This document shows positions 40,701 to 50,647 of a DNA stretch of 64,000 nt, piece after piece. Each line of letters opens with the position of its first letter. Within the stretch, counting starts at the first letter, position 1. The translations under genes and the position numbers were made by a program. The stretch is from a virus. The notes beneath the pieces are model-generated. The model worked only from the letters and a program-made list of their open reading frames with translations, had not been told where the DNA came from and ran no database searches. The stretch lies in the IMG/VR virus record IMGVR_UViG_3300042691_018174; one strand, given 5' to 3'.

Positions 40701-43700
40701 TTAGTTGCTAGAAACCACAATTGGTCCGTTTGTTTTTAACAGTCCACTTGTTACTGTATTAATTATTTCTAAATTTTCGACACTGGCCGTACTTAAAAAT
40801 ATTTCATCTGGTTGGCAAAATACTTGAAATAAACTTCCAAAATATTTTTCAGGAGAAGTTGGAACTATTAAAAAGTTAACTACGTCTGGACTGAGTTCTT
40901 TAATAACATATGCACTCAACTCTCCAAAATTAAACGTATCTCCAAAATCCCAATTTTGTAAACTAAAAAATTCATTCATACTTTCAATTACTCTAACTTT
41001 AATATCATTATCATTAGTAATTGAACTTGGGTTTTTAACTATATAAAATTGTGCTTGTAGGTCTTGCTCTGCCCCATTACCAAATAGCAATTTATATTTC
41101 GCTGTGTGAAATACTACTTCATCACTGATACTTTTTACGCTACTTAATTTACTTCCGTATGTTTCAAATAATTCTAAAGATGTAGGCGCAGGAGGCGGAT
41201 CTCCTTCTTGATTTAGCACCCAAGTTCTAACACTGTCATCGTATGTTTTCGTTAATAGATAAACGTCGATTATATTAGATTTGGCAGGATCAATTCTGTA
41301 ATCTTGCGAAGCTTGATGTTTATATTGGAATGCTAAACTATCTCTACCTGGAAATGCTTCAATAGAATTTACAACAACTAAAGATCTTGAATCATCCAAT
41401 CTCTTAACTATGTTTTCTGTAGGGCTATAAAAATAAAATAACTGTCCTATATCATATGAATTTAAATCTTGTAGATCAAGTTCATTTTCAAATGTTAATA
41501 TTTGACTGTTATCAAAAATATTTTTAACAACTGTTCCTTCAAGTTGTAAGGATTCTAAAAATACGAAAGATCTAATAGTATTTGAGTCAGGATCGATAGT
41601 TGTAGGCTCAGTCACATTATCAAAAGAGTCAGGATCATCAACAATACCATCACCTGTTTTATCAGAAAAACTTATCTTAATTCTATTATTGTCTTTATAT
41701 CCATCTAAATTAGAAAACATGCCTGTAATTTCAAATTGATAGCTCTGACCTAAAGGTGTTCCGTCACTAACTTTGTCATTAATAGAAAGTATTACAATAT
41801 TATCTTTAGAAGTTCCGCCTAATTTTTTATTATATCTTTTATCTTCATCATTAAAATAAAAATTAATTTTTCTTTCACTTTGGAATATATAATCCAACCC
41901 TCTATAACGTACTATATAATTGTCCCCGTCAGTTTGAAAGGAAACTAACCAACTTGCGTCTAATCCTAAATTGCTTATGTCGCCAGAATAAGTTAAAGAA
42001 AACTCTGAAGTTAAATCTAAATTACTTAGATTAATAATTTTCCATTCAGCAACATCCCGATCGTATCTAATTCCAAAATCTCTTCTTAAGAAAAGTTGAT
42101 TAGCTATTTCAGACTCGAAAGAAAAAGGAATGTCTGTGACAAATAATGGTATAATTTGTGAAGGCACAGCCCCAGTAGGCACTTGATTAGTGATACCAAT
42201 TAAACCAATACCAGTTTCATCAGTTCCAGTTCCTAAATTACTTCCATCACCTGATTGATAGATAATTTTTGTCCAAATATAATCTTTTGTATTTTTAGTT
42301 TTAGTATTTGTGATTAAATTACTTGGGGAAAAATATTTTCCAGTTGGTGGCACAAACTTAATTAACGCTTCAGCTTTGACATATCTCAATGCTGATTGAG
42401 TAAATTGACCAACAGGTACTGCTGATTGAGTAGTATTACTTTTAAAATAACCAGTTGATTGATTTGGTTCAGATGAAATATTGTACCAAGCAACTCCTAA
42501 ATTTCCTATAGCTATTCTTTCAAAATTTCTATAATAAAAATCTCGCATTGCCTCGGTACTAATTAACGGTTCAATTTTAGTTTTGACTAAACCAAATACT
42601 TCATTTTTTGTATCAAATGTGAATATAAAAGAATTAGTATAAGAATTAAAATATAAAGCACCGTCATCTGCATAAAGATCTACCGAGCTAGATCTTCCTG
42701 TTGGGTCATTTATTTCAAAATATCTACTGATGCCGGAAGAAATTCTATTAACTGATTTAATTTTTATAATGTCTTGACTAAAACTTAGTGGTAATATGTT
42801 ATAGTCTTCGCCTGTTATCATCCTATTTTGTGTATAATATACCTGAGGGGCATTTTCTCTTATACTAGAATTAGATTCTGAAGATGCACTGGAATTAACA
42901 CTGGCTTGTAGACTTAAAGTCATACTAACAGTATTGATCTGACCATTTTTTGAAATATAAGGAATTCTAACTTGAACATCTGACATCTCTTGAGGGGAGA
43001 TAGAGTAACTTAGACCATTAGAAGTTCTGTAATATATCCTAAAATCCCCGTTTGGTACTCGGCCAAACACTCCGTCACTAAAATGTAAATCTATTTGATC
43101 ATTTTCTCTGCTGCTAACACTATAAAATGTTTTTATTTTGTTTTTCAAATTAGTGTAGATTGCGTTATTTCCGCTTACACTATCTAATTTGGTCCACAAA
43201 GTTCCCAGTGTATTATCAACGTTTAATTGATAAAGCCAGACATCAGTTTCATTAATGTTTTCAACATCAATTCCAATAATTTCATTAGAAACAGCATTGT
43301 TTACAGTAAAGTCGGCACTAGATAGCGCACCTTCTTTAAACTGCAAGAACCATCCACTATTTTTACTAGCACTACCTTTATTGTCATTTTTGTATATAAC
43401 CCCGAATTCCCCGCCCAACTTAGGTGAGGTCTCAGATATGGTGTCAGTATCAATAATATTAGAACTAACGATTTCAAAAGACATTGGGAATCCAGCTACA
43501 TTTTTAGTAAAAGAAAAAATAGGAACGTCTGATGTTACACTGCCTAAATTATATTGTTCTGTTAAAATTCCATTAATTGTTCTCCTACTATTTGGTTTTC
43601 CAAAAATAGCAGTAGACATTGCAGAATTCATTACCAACGTAAACTGTTGATACCAATCTTGGTTGGTGCCGTCGTTCCAAGAAATTATTTTATTGCTTAA

Positions 43701-44108
43701 ATTTGTTCCAGCAGCATCAATTACATTCTCAGTGGTGCTCACTGAAGTAACTTTAAGTAAACCAACTGATGTTTGAGTTCTTTTAGGACTATAACTGATC
43801 AGTTTTGCTAATTTTAAAATACTGTCTCGACGTTCAGCAGTATCGATAAAATTTTCTCTAGCATTTAGATCAACTCTAAAGCTAAGACTTTGCGCTAAGA
43901 ATGCAACAAGATCAATTAGTGCAATGTATTCGCTGCTATCAATATAGTCATTAAAATTTTCTGGATAATTTTGTCGAAGATACTCGACCATGCTTCTCTT
44001 GATAGTTTCAAAATCATAGGATTTGAAATCAGCATTTTGAAAAGTTTGATATATCTTTTTCCAATCTTCCCCAATTAAAAGGGCATTTTGTCGTTCAGTG
44101 CTAGCCAT
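40701..44108 (-). CDS. gp6: baseplate wedge subunit gp6-like
   Basis: YDFETIK..MVEYL, FNDY..SS, E.FIDTA.RR.SI..LAK...Y.P, QNRMITGEDY. Confidence 0.85.
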   Translation of the reverse strand: MASTERQNALLIGEDWKKIYQTFQNADFKSYDFETIKRSMVEYLRQNYPENFNDYIDSSEYIALIDLVAFLAQSLSFRVDLNARENFIDTAERRDSILKLAKLISYSPKRTQTSVGLLKVTSVSTTENVIDAAGTNLSNKIISWNDGTNQDWYQQFTLVMNSAMSTAIFGKPNSRRTINGILTEQYNLGSVTSDVPIFSFTKNVAGFPMSFEIVSSNIIDTDTISETSPKLGGEFGVIYKNDNKGSASKNSGWFLQFKEGALSSADFTVNNAVSNEIIGIDVENINETDVWLYQLNVDNTLGTLWTKLDSVSGNNAIYTNLKNKIKTFYSVSSRENDQIDLHFSDGVFGRVPNGDFRIYYRTSNGLSYSISPQEMSDVQVRIPYISKNGQINTVSMTLSLQASVNSSASSESNSSIRENAPQVYYTQNRMITGEDYNILPLSFSQDIIKIKSVNRISSGISRYFEINDPTGRSSSVDLYADDGALYFNSYTNSFIFTFDTKNEVFGLVKTKIEPLISTEAMRDFYYRNFERIAIGNLGVAWYNISSEPNQSTGYFKSNTTQSAVPVGQFTQSALRYVKAEALIKFVPPTGKYFSPSNLITNTKTKNTKDYIWTKIIYQSGDGSNLGTGTDETGIGLIGITNQVPTGAVPSQIIPLFVTDIPFSFESEIANQLFLRRDFGIRYDRDVAEWKIINLSNLDLTSEFSLTYSGDISNLGLDASWLVSFQTDGDNYIVRYRGLDYIFQSERKINFYFNDEDKRYNKKLGGTSKDNIVILSINDKVSDGTPLGQSYQFEITGMFSNLDGYKDNNRIKISFSDKTGDGIVDDPDSFDNVTEPTTIDPDSNTIRSFVFLESLQLEGTVVKNIFDNSQILTFENELDLQDLNSYDIGQLFYFYSPTENIVKRLDDSRSLVVVNSIEAFPGRDSLAFQYKHQASQDYRIDPAKSNIIDVYLLTKTYDDSVRTWVLNQEGDPPPAPTSLELFETYGSKLSSVKSISDEVVFHTAKYKLLFGNGAEQDLQAQFYIVKNPSSITNDNDIKVRVIESMNEFFSLQNWDFGDTFNFGELSAYVIKELSPDVVNFLIVPTSPEKYFGSLFQVFCQPDEIFLSTASVENLEIINTVTSGLLKTNGPIVVSSN

Positions 44109-44129
44109 TATAAATTATCCTTGATACAA

Positions 44130-44136
44130 TATTTAT
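44130..44136 (-). promoter_or_regulatory. T4-like late promoter (ATAAATA)
   Basis: TATTTAT in the intergenic gap upstream of gp6 and its AAGGA RBS. Confidence 0.55.
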
Positions 44137-44157
44137 TGTAAAAAATTATCTGTGTAC

Positions 44158-44592
44158 TTAACTGCTTATCAATCCTAACTCTCTATCAAACTGCAATTTA
44201 ATAACACCTGTTAAGTCATTAGTACGATATCTAACTGTTATTTCCAGTAAAATTCCTGATGCATACTCATCTACTTTTACATCTTGTACAATTATCCTGG
44301 GTTCGTTTGACAAAATTCCTTTTATATCATCAACTATCGCTTCTTTGGTAAGTTCGTTAAGTGGTTCAAAGATTGAATCCCAAATAATTGTTCCGAAAGT
44401 TGGATTCATTACCCTTTCTCCTTTTCTCGTATTAAATTGATTCAATACGTCCTCTCGAATACAATCAATGTCGTAGATTTTAAAGTTAGATTTTTTTTGC
44501 TTACTGCTAAATCCCTTGTAGACATATGTTGGATAGGGTCTATAAGAATTCAGTTGTGTATTTGGTTTAATACTTAATTTTTTAATTGCCAT
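44158..44592 (-). CDS. gp25: baseplate wedge protein gp25-like
   Basis: TRKGERVMNPTFGT.I...FEP...EPRI. Confidence 0.9.
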   Translation of the reverse strand: MAIKKLSIKPNTQLNSYRPYPTYVYKGFSSKQKKSNFKIYDIDCIREDVLNQFNTRKGERVMNPTFGTIIWDSIFEPLNELTKEAIVDDIKGILSNEPRIIVQDVKVDEYASGILLEITVRYRTNDLTGVIKLQFDRELGLISS

Positions 44593-46355
44593 TATCCGCC
44601 CCTATCTGTTTTTTCTGGTTTAAATTCCTCAGGAGCTATATTTTCATGATGATCCCAAGGTTCATGTGTTGGCACACGTTTCATAATACTTCTAATATCG
44701 GGCTGTCTATAATAATTGTTATTCTCCCAGCCTTTTTGCATATCTGCAGTAGCATTTTTGTCAGCTTCTCTATAAGGTAATACAAACGTATCTAGAACAG
44801 AAACATTAGTTGCTGCTTCAGGTAACAGTTGCAATAAATCCAACGCTGCTGCAATATTTGTTGCAGCAGTTACCGGTTGAGGTGCAGGAGTTGGGCCGTT
44901 CATATCAATGAATACTGCTCGTTCTATATGTGTTCCTGTTGTGTCAAACACATTAGCCACTCCAGATTTAATGAAATTAGATCCGATAGTATTAACACTA
45001 AAGGATCCTGCAGTAGAGAATGATGTAGATGTTCCAACAATAGCGTTTAATCCTAATGTACTTTTTAAATCTATGTTAGTTAAAGTCTGCATTTTAATTC
45101 CTCTAGTAGTATAGAGGTTAAAATTACCAGTTGTGGAATACAAGTCTATACCAGAATTTAAAGGATCTAAAGGATTGGTCAATGTTGTCATTCTAATCCT
45201 GCCTAATACACTGACGTTAAAGTGACTTTTTGCTGTCCAATTTACGTCTAGTCCTGCAAACCCTTCTATTAAAGAACCTGCTTCTAAGTGCATAGCTCCT
45301 CGAGCAGCCACTATATTAACATTGTTGCCTGCTTCCATGTTAATATCACGATCAGCTCTAAAATTAAAATCCTCTTCACTGTGTATGCTTACGCTATCAG
45401 CAGCAAAAATATCAATTTTTCCGTCGCTGGTAAATTCCAACCAAGCAGTTCCTCGACTATTACATATATAGATTAAATCACTACTGTTGTGTAAAAGAAT
45501 TTGATGTCCAGTTCTGGTACGAATTCTAACTAACTCATCTAAAATTCCTTCGGCACCAGTTCTTTCATCTTTACCAATGTAACCATCGTCCATAACAAAT
45601 TGTGTTCCACCATGTCTTTCTGCAGGAACTTCAAAAGTATTATTTTTTGGACCTACTTTTGCTTTTTTGGAATTCTTGCCTGTTACAGGAGGTCCTGGTG
45701 TTGATATTCCAAATACAGAACTTGGCACATTTCTTCTAGCTCCACTAGTTGTTACTCCCCTAATAGGATCTTTTAACAACCCTTGTGAAGCAAGTCTTAG
45801 GGTAAAAGGATGTAGTGGTTTTTTAATTTTGTCAATATCATCTTTAGTTTGCCCTTTTAATTTTCTATTAACTTCTGCAACAGGAACAAAATCTGTTCCT
45901 AATTTATTTTTTTCTTGGGGAGTTAATTCAACATTTCTGCTGGCAGCAATTCCTGGAACCATGTGATTAATTCCTGGTTCTGGAACACAAGCAAACCAAT
46001 AACCTGAACTTCTGTTTCCTTCCACAAACATTATTAGTACACGAGATCCAACGTCTGGTGGAACAAACCACATCCCATAACTGCTCTGTGTACTACTAGA
46101 CAATCTATTATTTGGATCTGTAGCAGTATAAGGCGTATTTCCAAAAAATGCAGGTGCGTAATCGACTGGAATCTTTGCAGAATCAGACAATTCAGTGTTT
46201 GCACCACCGGTGCGCACTAACACTACTTCTAAACGACCCATTTTTTGATTGTCTAGATGATTAACTATAATACCGATATATGGACCGTTACTATACTCTG
46301 CAAATTCTTTCTGCTTTTTACTTGATGACCCATAATCATTAATTCTTGTATTCAT
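44592..46355 (-). CDS. baseplate central spike, gp5/VgrG-like (no lysozyme domain)
   Basis: OB-fold GRLEV...PPDVGSRVL.MF..G; RTRTGHQI; beta-helix repeats; C-terminal VPTHEPWDHH. Confidence 0.78.
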   Translation of the reverse strand: MNTRINDYGSSSKKQKEFAEYSNGPYIGIIVNHLDNQKMGRLEVVLVRTGGANTELSDSAKIPVDYAPAFFGNTPYTATDPNNRLSSSTQSSYGMWFVPPDVGSRVLIMFVEGNRSSGYWFACVPEPGINHMVPGIAASRNVELTPQEKNKLGTDFVPVAEVNRKLKGQTKDDIDKIKKPLHPFTLRLASQGLLKDPIRGVTTSGARRNVPSSVFGISTPGPPVTGKNSKKAKVGPKNNTFEVPAERHGGTQFVMDDGYIGKDERTGAEGILDELVRIRTRTGHQILLHNSSDLIYICNSRGTAWLEFTSDGKIDIFAADSVSIHSEEDFNFRADRDINMEAGNNVNIVAARGAMHLEAGSLIEGFAGLDVNWTAKSHFNVSVLGRIRMTTLTNPLDPLNSGIDLYSTTGNFNLYTTRGIKMQTLTNIDLKSTLGLNAIVGTSTSFSTAGSFSVNTIGSNFIKSGVANVFDTTGTHIERAVFIDMNGPTPAPQPVTAATNIAAALDLLQLLPEAATNVSVLDTFVLPYREADKNATADMQKGWENNNYYRQPDIRSIMKRVPTHEPWDHHENIAPEEFKPEKTDRGG

Positions 46356-46358
46356 TGT

Positions 46359-47480
46359 TTAACTTAAATTTGGTTTACATAACAAATCGTCTAATGGACT
46401 AGACCTAGGAATATATCCTGCTCTACTTATATCTTTATTATTCAAAGCAGTCACAGTTGAAGATAACGAATTTCCTGCGGATATTAATCTATCTTGAACT
46501 TGTCTTGTTGCTGAATTAGTTGGCGATAACTGATTAGGATAATTACTTTCAACCAAATTCTCATTTAATTCTGTAGGGATGATACCCGAAGTATAAAGAT
46601 CATATGGATTGTAAGAACCTAATAAATTTTGAACCTGCTGATCCGAAAGTGCCAGATTTGGTCTTTCACCTGGGCCAAAATCAACAGGGATTACTGGAAC
46701 ATCAACATTGATCCTACTCGTAAATCCGCCTGGCGCAGTTATTACACTTGGTTCTACTTGTGCTACTACTGGATCTCTATCTAAATAGACCAGTGGGGGT
46801 CTTCCTGAATAAAATCCTGGAGTACACCCTGGTATAAACGGAATGAATGGTAATAATATTGGTGGTGGAAACTTATATTGTAACCACTCCCTCAACTTTT
46901 TCAAATAATCAGCAAGTGGATTAAAAATAATTATATTCAATCCTAGATTCTTATTAATTAGATCTCTTAATTTTTCTAAAGCCTCTTTCATCGCTGGTGG
47001 CATTTTAATCCAACCTTGTCTTATTAATTTTGCAATGATTGATGCTGCAATTAGAGGATTTTCTAATAAACATTTAAAAAGATTAGTTATACTAGTAACT
47101 GCTGCATTGATATAATTTTTTACTTGTTGAATTTTTCCTTTTAACACTTGAACTAAAAAATTAACTCCGGCGGCGGCTCCGAATAAAGTTCCCAAAGTAA
47201 CTCCTGGATCAATTGTTACAGTTCTAAATTGATCAGGAGGCTCAGGTCCTGTTTGACTTAGCCCAAAAATTCCTAATATTCCTGTTATGATCGCAGAGAC
47301 TTGTGCTAGTTGAGGAATTGCTGATAACGATCCGTTAATATTAAGACCAAAATTACCATCAGCATTAATAGAAAAATTAATAAAATTTCCAGTAGTATTA
47401 CGCTGTAAAGCAATGTTATAAGGAATCGATCTAGGATCAGTGTTAATAACTAGATATTTTCCTGCGTATATATTAGACAT
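46359..47480 (-). CDS. hypothetical protein in baseplate operon
   Basis: 373-aa ORF with hydrophobic and Pro-rich segments. Confidence 0.65.
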   Translation of the reverse strand: MSNIYAGKYLVINTDPRSIPYNIALQRNTTGNFINFSINADGNFGLNINGSLSAIPQLAQVSAIITGILGIFGLSQTGPEPPDQFRTVTIDPGVTLGTLFGAAAGVNFLVQVLKGKIQQVKNYINAAVTSITNLFKCLLENPLIAASIIAKLIRQGWIKMPPAMKEALEKLRDLINKNLGLNIIIFNPLADYLKKLREWLQYKFPPPILLPFIPFIPGCTPGFYSGRPPLVYLDRDPVVAQVEPSVITAPGGFTSRINVDVPVIPVDFGPGERPNLALSDQQVQNLLGSYNPYDLYTSGIIPTELNENLVESNYPNQLSPTNSATRQVQDRLISAGNSLSSTVTALNNKDISRAGYIPRSSPLDDLLCKPNLS

Positions 47481-47481
47481 A

Positions 47482-49491
47482 TTATTTTCCTATACCGTTT
47501 TTTAATTCTTCAATATTTTTACTAAGTCTCTTCATATCTGTTCTTGTTAATCGATAACCAGACAACTTTTGTCGGAATGTTCCATCCATAAAATAACTTT
47601 CAACGTGAGTAACTATAAAATATCCACTCCATGTAGCAAGTAATCTTTGTTGAGTAGAATCTCCGACAGCTAAAAATCCATCTGCATTAAAATCTTTAGG
47701 ACCGTATGCTAAAACTCTAACACAAGGATCTATGGTTCTAAATGCGATGCCCCCATCATTAGTGAACAATGCACTTTTTGCAGGATCTACAAAAGAAATA
47801 TTATCAATAAACTGTGTTCCTAACCACATAGGATCCCCTAATATTTCCATTTCAAATGTTGAATTTTCAAACGGACTATTAATGGCTGAAAAAATATCTC
47901 GAGCCATATTAAATGCTGGATTTGTTTCAGTCGAAGATCTAACACCAACATCCGAGGACTGTGCAGTGCTTTCTCTTGTTTGATTTCCTGAATTAGTTTC
48001 TGCGTCTGAAGGACCAGAATCAACATTAGAAAATTTAGGAACAACAACACCTTCGCCAGTCACTGCTGATTCTTGTCCAGGAATTCCTGGCGAAGATCCA
48101 AAATTTCTAGAAAGTATCCTAGTTAACAAGTAATCTAAATTTAGTCTAAAATTTAATATGTCTTTATTTTTACCAGTATAACTCCAATCATATCTTCTTA
48201 CAGTGAAAGGCTCGTAGTCTGAAACTTCTGCCTTTGTATCAGGGAAAAATATACTAGCAAGTTTTTGCCAAGGCACTTTTCTAGGAACTATTTGGTAAAT
48301 TACCCTAAATGCTGGCATGTTTTTACCGTTATCAAATTCTAAAACTTCAACTTTAGGTATTACTCTCCACCATTCAACCATTCCTTTGTCGTCATATCCT
48401 GAACGCCAATTGTTTAAAATATTGCTGACCACATACATACTATCCACTATAATATCATCAATTACTTTAGAAATTCCTTTTTTACCGTTAACTGTAAAAG
48501 TTAACTGCCTATTTTCAGCAGGGGCAACTCTTTCATTTAATGATCCAAAAAGATATTTGTTATTAGTACCTTTGGGTATTTCGTATCCTCTATGACCCGC
48601 GTCTGTATCAGGATTATACATTTCAGATGTTGAAATTTTTTCAACGACACCGCCCTTATCTCCAAAATCAAAAAATTCTATTTTGTATTCATTTGGTATA
48701 AATTTTGACTCAGCAGCTTGAGTTTTTATTATTGCGTTTATTTTAGTTTCTAAATCTTTGAACATTTCACCTACAGTTTTGCCTGTGATATTGATATCTT
48801 GGGGAATTTCATTTACATCATTATATCTTCCCATGTCATTTAAAGGCGCACCTTTAATTTGATATACTGTTCCTTCTTTAGAAAGGTCGGCTTTAATTTC
48901 AGAAATAATTATAGGGTAATGTCTAGTAGAAAAAGGAATTACTTCAGGTTCTTCTTTGTCATCTCTATAACCAACAAACTCTAATTTAATAACAAATGCA
49001 CTACCTTTTCCCACAGCTTCGTAACCTTTAACCTTCAATCCTCGATATATTGATGTTAAAAATGTTTCAATTCCATATGGTTCTAAAATTTTTAATCTAA
49101 ATTCTGTTCCTATGTCTCTATTTTTAGTTACAGCATTTTTAATGTAAAATTCTTGTAGGAAGAAATCATAATCTAATTCTGAAACAGACTGTATGATGTT
49201 GGATATTGTTCCAAGAGTACTGCTGCCCCCTTTAGGTTTAGACCTTCCAAAATCAGCTAATGGTTTACCGTGACTTTGAAAAACAATATAATCTAATCCT
49301 TTTGTTCTATATGTTCCATTTTTAAATTCATCTTTAGATACGATTCCAAGAGTTACAACATAATTAAATGTCCTATAATTATGTAAGACATTTTCTTCTG
49401 GGAAGCTAGATCCCGTACTAGTTAAAAAATCTACGAATGCTTTAGTGACTTGAGATTTAAAACTATCTGTATTTCTAAAAACAACTGTCAT
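47482..49491 (-). CDS. baseplate hub-like protein (gp27 position)
   Basis: Lies between gp53-like and gp5-like genes; EILGDP and GYFIVTHVES.F..G.F.Q.L C-terminal motifs of hub proteins. Confidence 0.5.
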   Translation of the reverse strand: MTVVFRNTDSFKSQVTKAFVDFLTSTGSSFPEENVLHNYRTFNYVVTLGIVSKDEFKNGTYRTKGLDYIVFQSHGKPLADFGRSKPKGGSSTLGTISNIIQSVSELDYDFFLQEFYIKNAVTKNRDIGTEFRLKILEPYGIETFLTSIYRGLKVKGYEAVGKGSAFVIKLEFVGYRDDKEEPEVIPFSTRHYPIIISEIKADLSKEGTVYQIKGAPLNDMGRYNDVNEIPQDINITGKTVGEMFKDLETKINAIIKTQAAESKFIPNEYKIEFFDFGDKGGVVEKISTSEMYNPDTDAGHRGYEIPKGTNNKYLFGSLNERVAPAENRQLTFTVNGKKGISKVIDDIIVDSMYVVSNILNNWRSGYDDKGMVEWWRVIPKVEVLEFDNGKNMPAFRVIYQIVPRKVPWQKLASIFFPDTKAEVSDYEPFTVRRYDWSYTGKNKDILNFRLNLDYLLTRILSRNFGSSPGIPGQESAVTGEGVVVPKFSNVDSGPSDAETNSGNQTRESTAQSSDVGVRSSTETNPAFNMARDIFSAINSPFENSTFEMEILGDPMWLGTQFIDNISFVDPAKSALFTNDGGIAFRTIDPCVRVLAYGPKDFNADGFLAVGDSTQQRLLATWSGYFIVTHVESYFMDGTFRQKLSGYRLTRTDMKRLSKNIEELKNGIGK

Positions 49492-49796
49492 CTGGAGGTT
49501 CCTAAACTATTAAGCAATGATGCTTTTTGTGGTATATAAATTTTGACTCCGGAAACTAAATCATATATAGGATCTTTTAGTACTGATGGATTCCTAGCTG
49601 CAAATACCCACCATAATCTAGCATCACCATATGCTTCATGCGCCAAAAGATCTGGTCTAAATTCAAACTGTGAAGGTAACTCAACTAAAACATCATCATT
49701 TAATACTGGAACATCTCTGGGAACCCATATATCTAAGTATGTTCCAGTTTGAGGTGTGTCTTTATATGGTGAGTATATATTATAATCAACTATCAT
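49488..49796 (-). CDS. baseplate wedge gp53-like (LysM-like)
   Basis: RPDLLAHEAYGDARLWWVFA.RN...I.IP. Confidence 0.8.
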   Translation of the reverse strand: MIVDYNIYSPYKDTPQTGTYLDIWVPRDVPVLNDDVLVELPSQFEFRPDLLAHEAYGDARLWWVFAARNPSVLKDPIYDLVSGVKIYIPQKASLLNSLGTSR

Positions 49797-50566
49797 ACGT
49801 AACCTACAATTTTATTGGTTCCTTCAACGAACCCAGTAACACTAAAATTACTCATTTCTCTTCTGCTGTACACTGGGATTAAATCAACGCTAATTGTGCT
49901 TAATACAGGAACCTTAATTTCATAATTATCCATATTGACCGTAGTCATATAATCAACGTCGTTAGGTAAATCTATAGAAAAACTTCCTATTACAACCGGA
50001 ACATTATGATATACATCTGGCCCATATGCAAAAAATCTGCAAACTGGAGGCGGGGCTCCTGGCAAAATGTCATTTCCTGTTCTCATTTTTGTTAAAGATC
50101 TTAAAGCATGTATCGTTGCTAGCCAATTTGCACCTTCAAATATAGTTTGAACTGGAAATTGTCCTGTAACTGAAATTTGTCCAACATCGCTGTTGTTGTA
50201 GGAGTAAACGGCATAATTAGTATGCTGCACATTAGCTGCTTGCCAGTTGGCTTTATAATTCTGTTTAATTGATGGAGTGACTGGAAAATAAATTCCGCCA
50301 AACCCTTTAGTTTGATCATCTGAAAGGAGACGCAACTTCGATATTCCTGAAATATACTGCTTGGGTATTTTAATATACACTCGATTTTTAATGGAGTTCT
50401 CTGTTCCTAACGAAGTAAACCCAACATTAATTGGGCCAGCAGTTGGTCTTCCATCTGCGGCTCGCTGTATCAGTGCTGATCCATTTGAAACGTTTGCCCA
50501 TCCAAAAGTATCTTGGAATGTAGAAACTGCAGAGTAGTTAAAGTATTGTGAAACATCTATTGTCAT
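49793..50566 (-). CDS. tail tube initiator/baseplate protein (gp48/gp54-like)
   Basis: FPVTPSI, GAPPPVCRF.AYG, VPVVI..F...LP; start at ATG 50566 with GGGAG RBS. Confidence 0.5.
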   Translation of the reverse strand: MTIDVSQYFNYSAVSTFQDTFGWANVSNGSALIQRAADGRPTAGPINVGFTSLGTENSIKNRVYIKIPKQYISGISKLRLLSDDQTKGFGGIYFPVTPSIKQNYKANWQAANVQHTNYAVYSYNNSDVGQISVTGQFPVQTIFEGANWLATIHALRSLTKMRTGNDILPGAPPPVCRFFAYGPDVYHNVPVVIGSFSIDLPNDVDYMTTVNMDNYEIKVPVLSTISVDLIPVYSRREMSNFSVTGFVEGTNKIVGYV

Positions 50567-50585
50567 TTTGGTTATCTCCCAACAA

Positions 50586-50592
50586 TATTTAT
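50586..50592 (-). promoter_or_regulatory. late promoter (ATAAATA) for the baseplate/tail operon
   Basis: TATTTAT about 20 nt upstream of ATG 50566. Confidence 0.65.
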
Positions 50593-50621
50593 TTGACAAA
50601 ATAATGTGCATATATTATAAT
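50593..50621 (+). promoter_or_regulatory. perfect sigma70 promoter for gp55-47-46
   Basis: TTGACA(50593-98)-17 bp-TATAAT(50616-21), AGGAG RBS downstream. Confidence 0.88.
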
Positions 50622-50647
50622 ACAACGTATAGGAGTCTATAATAACA

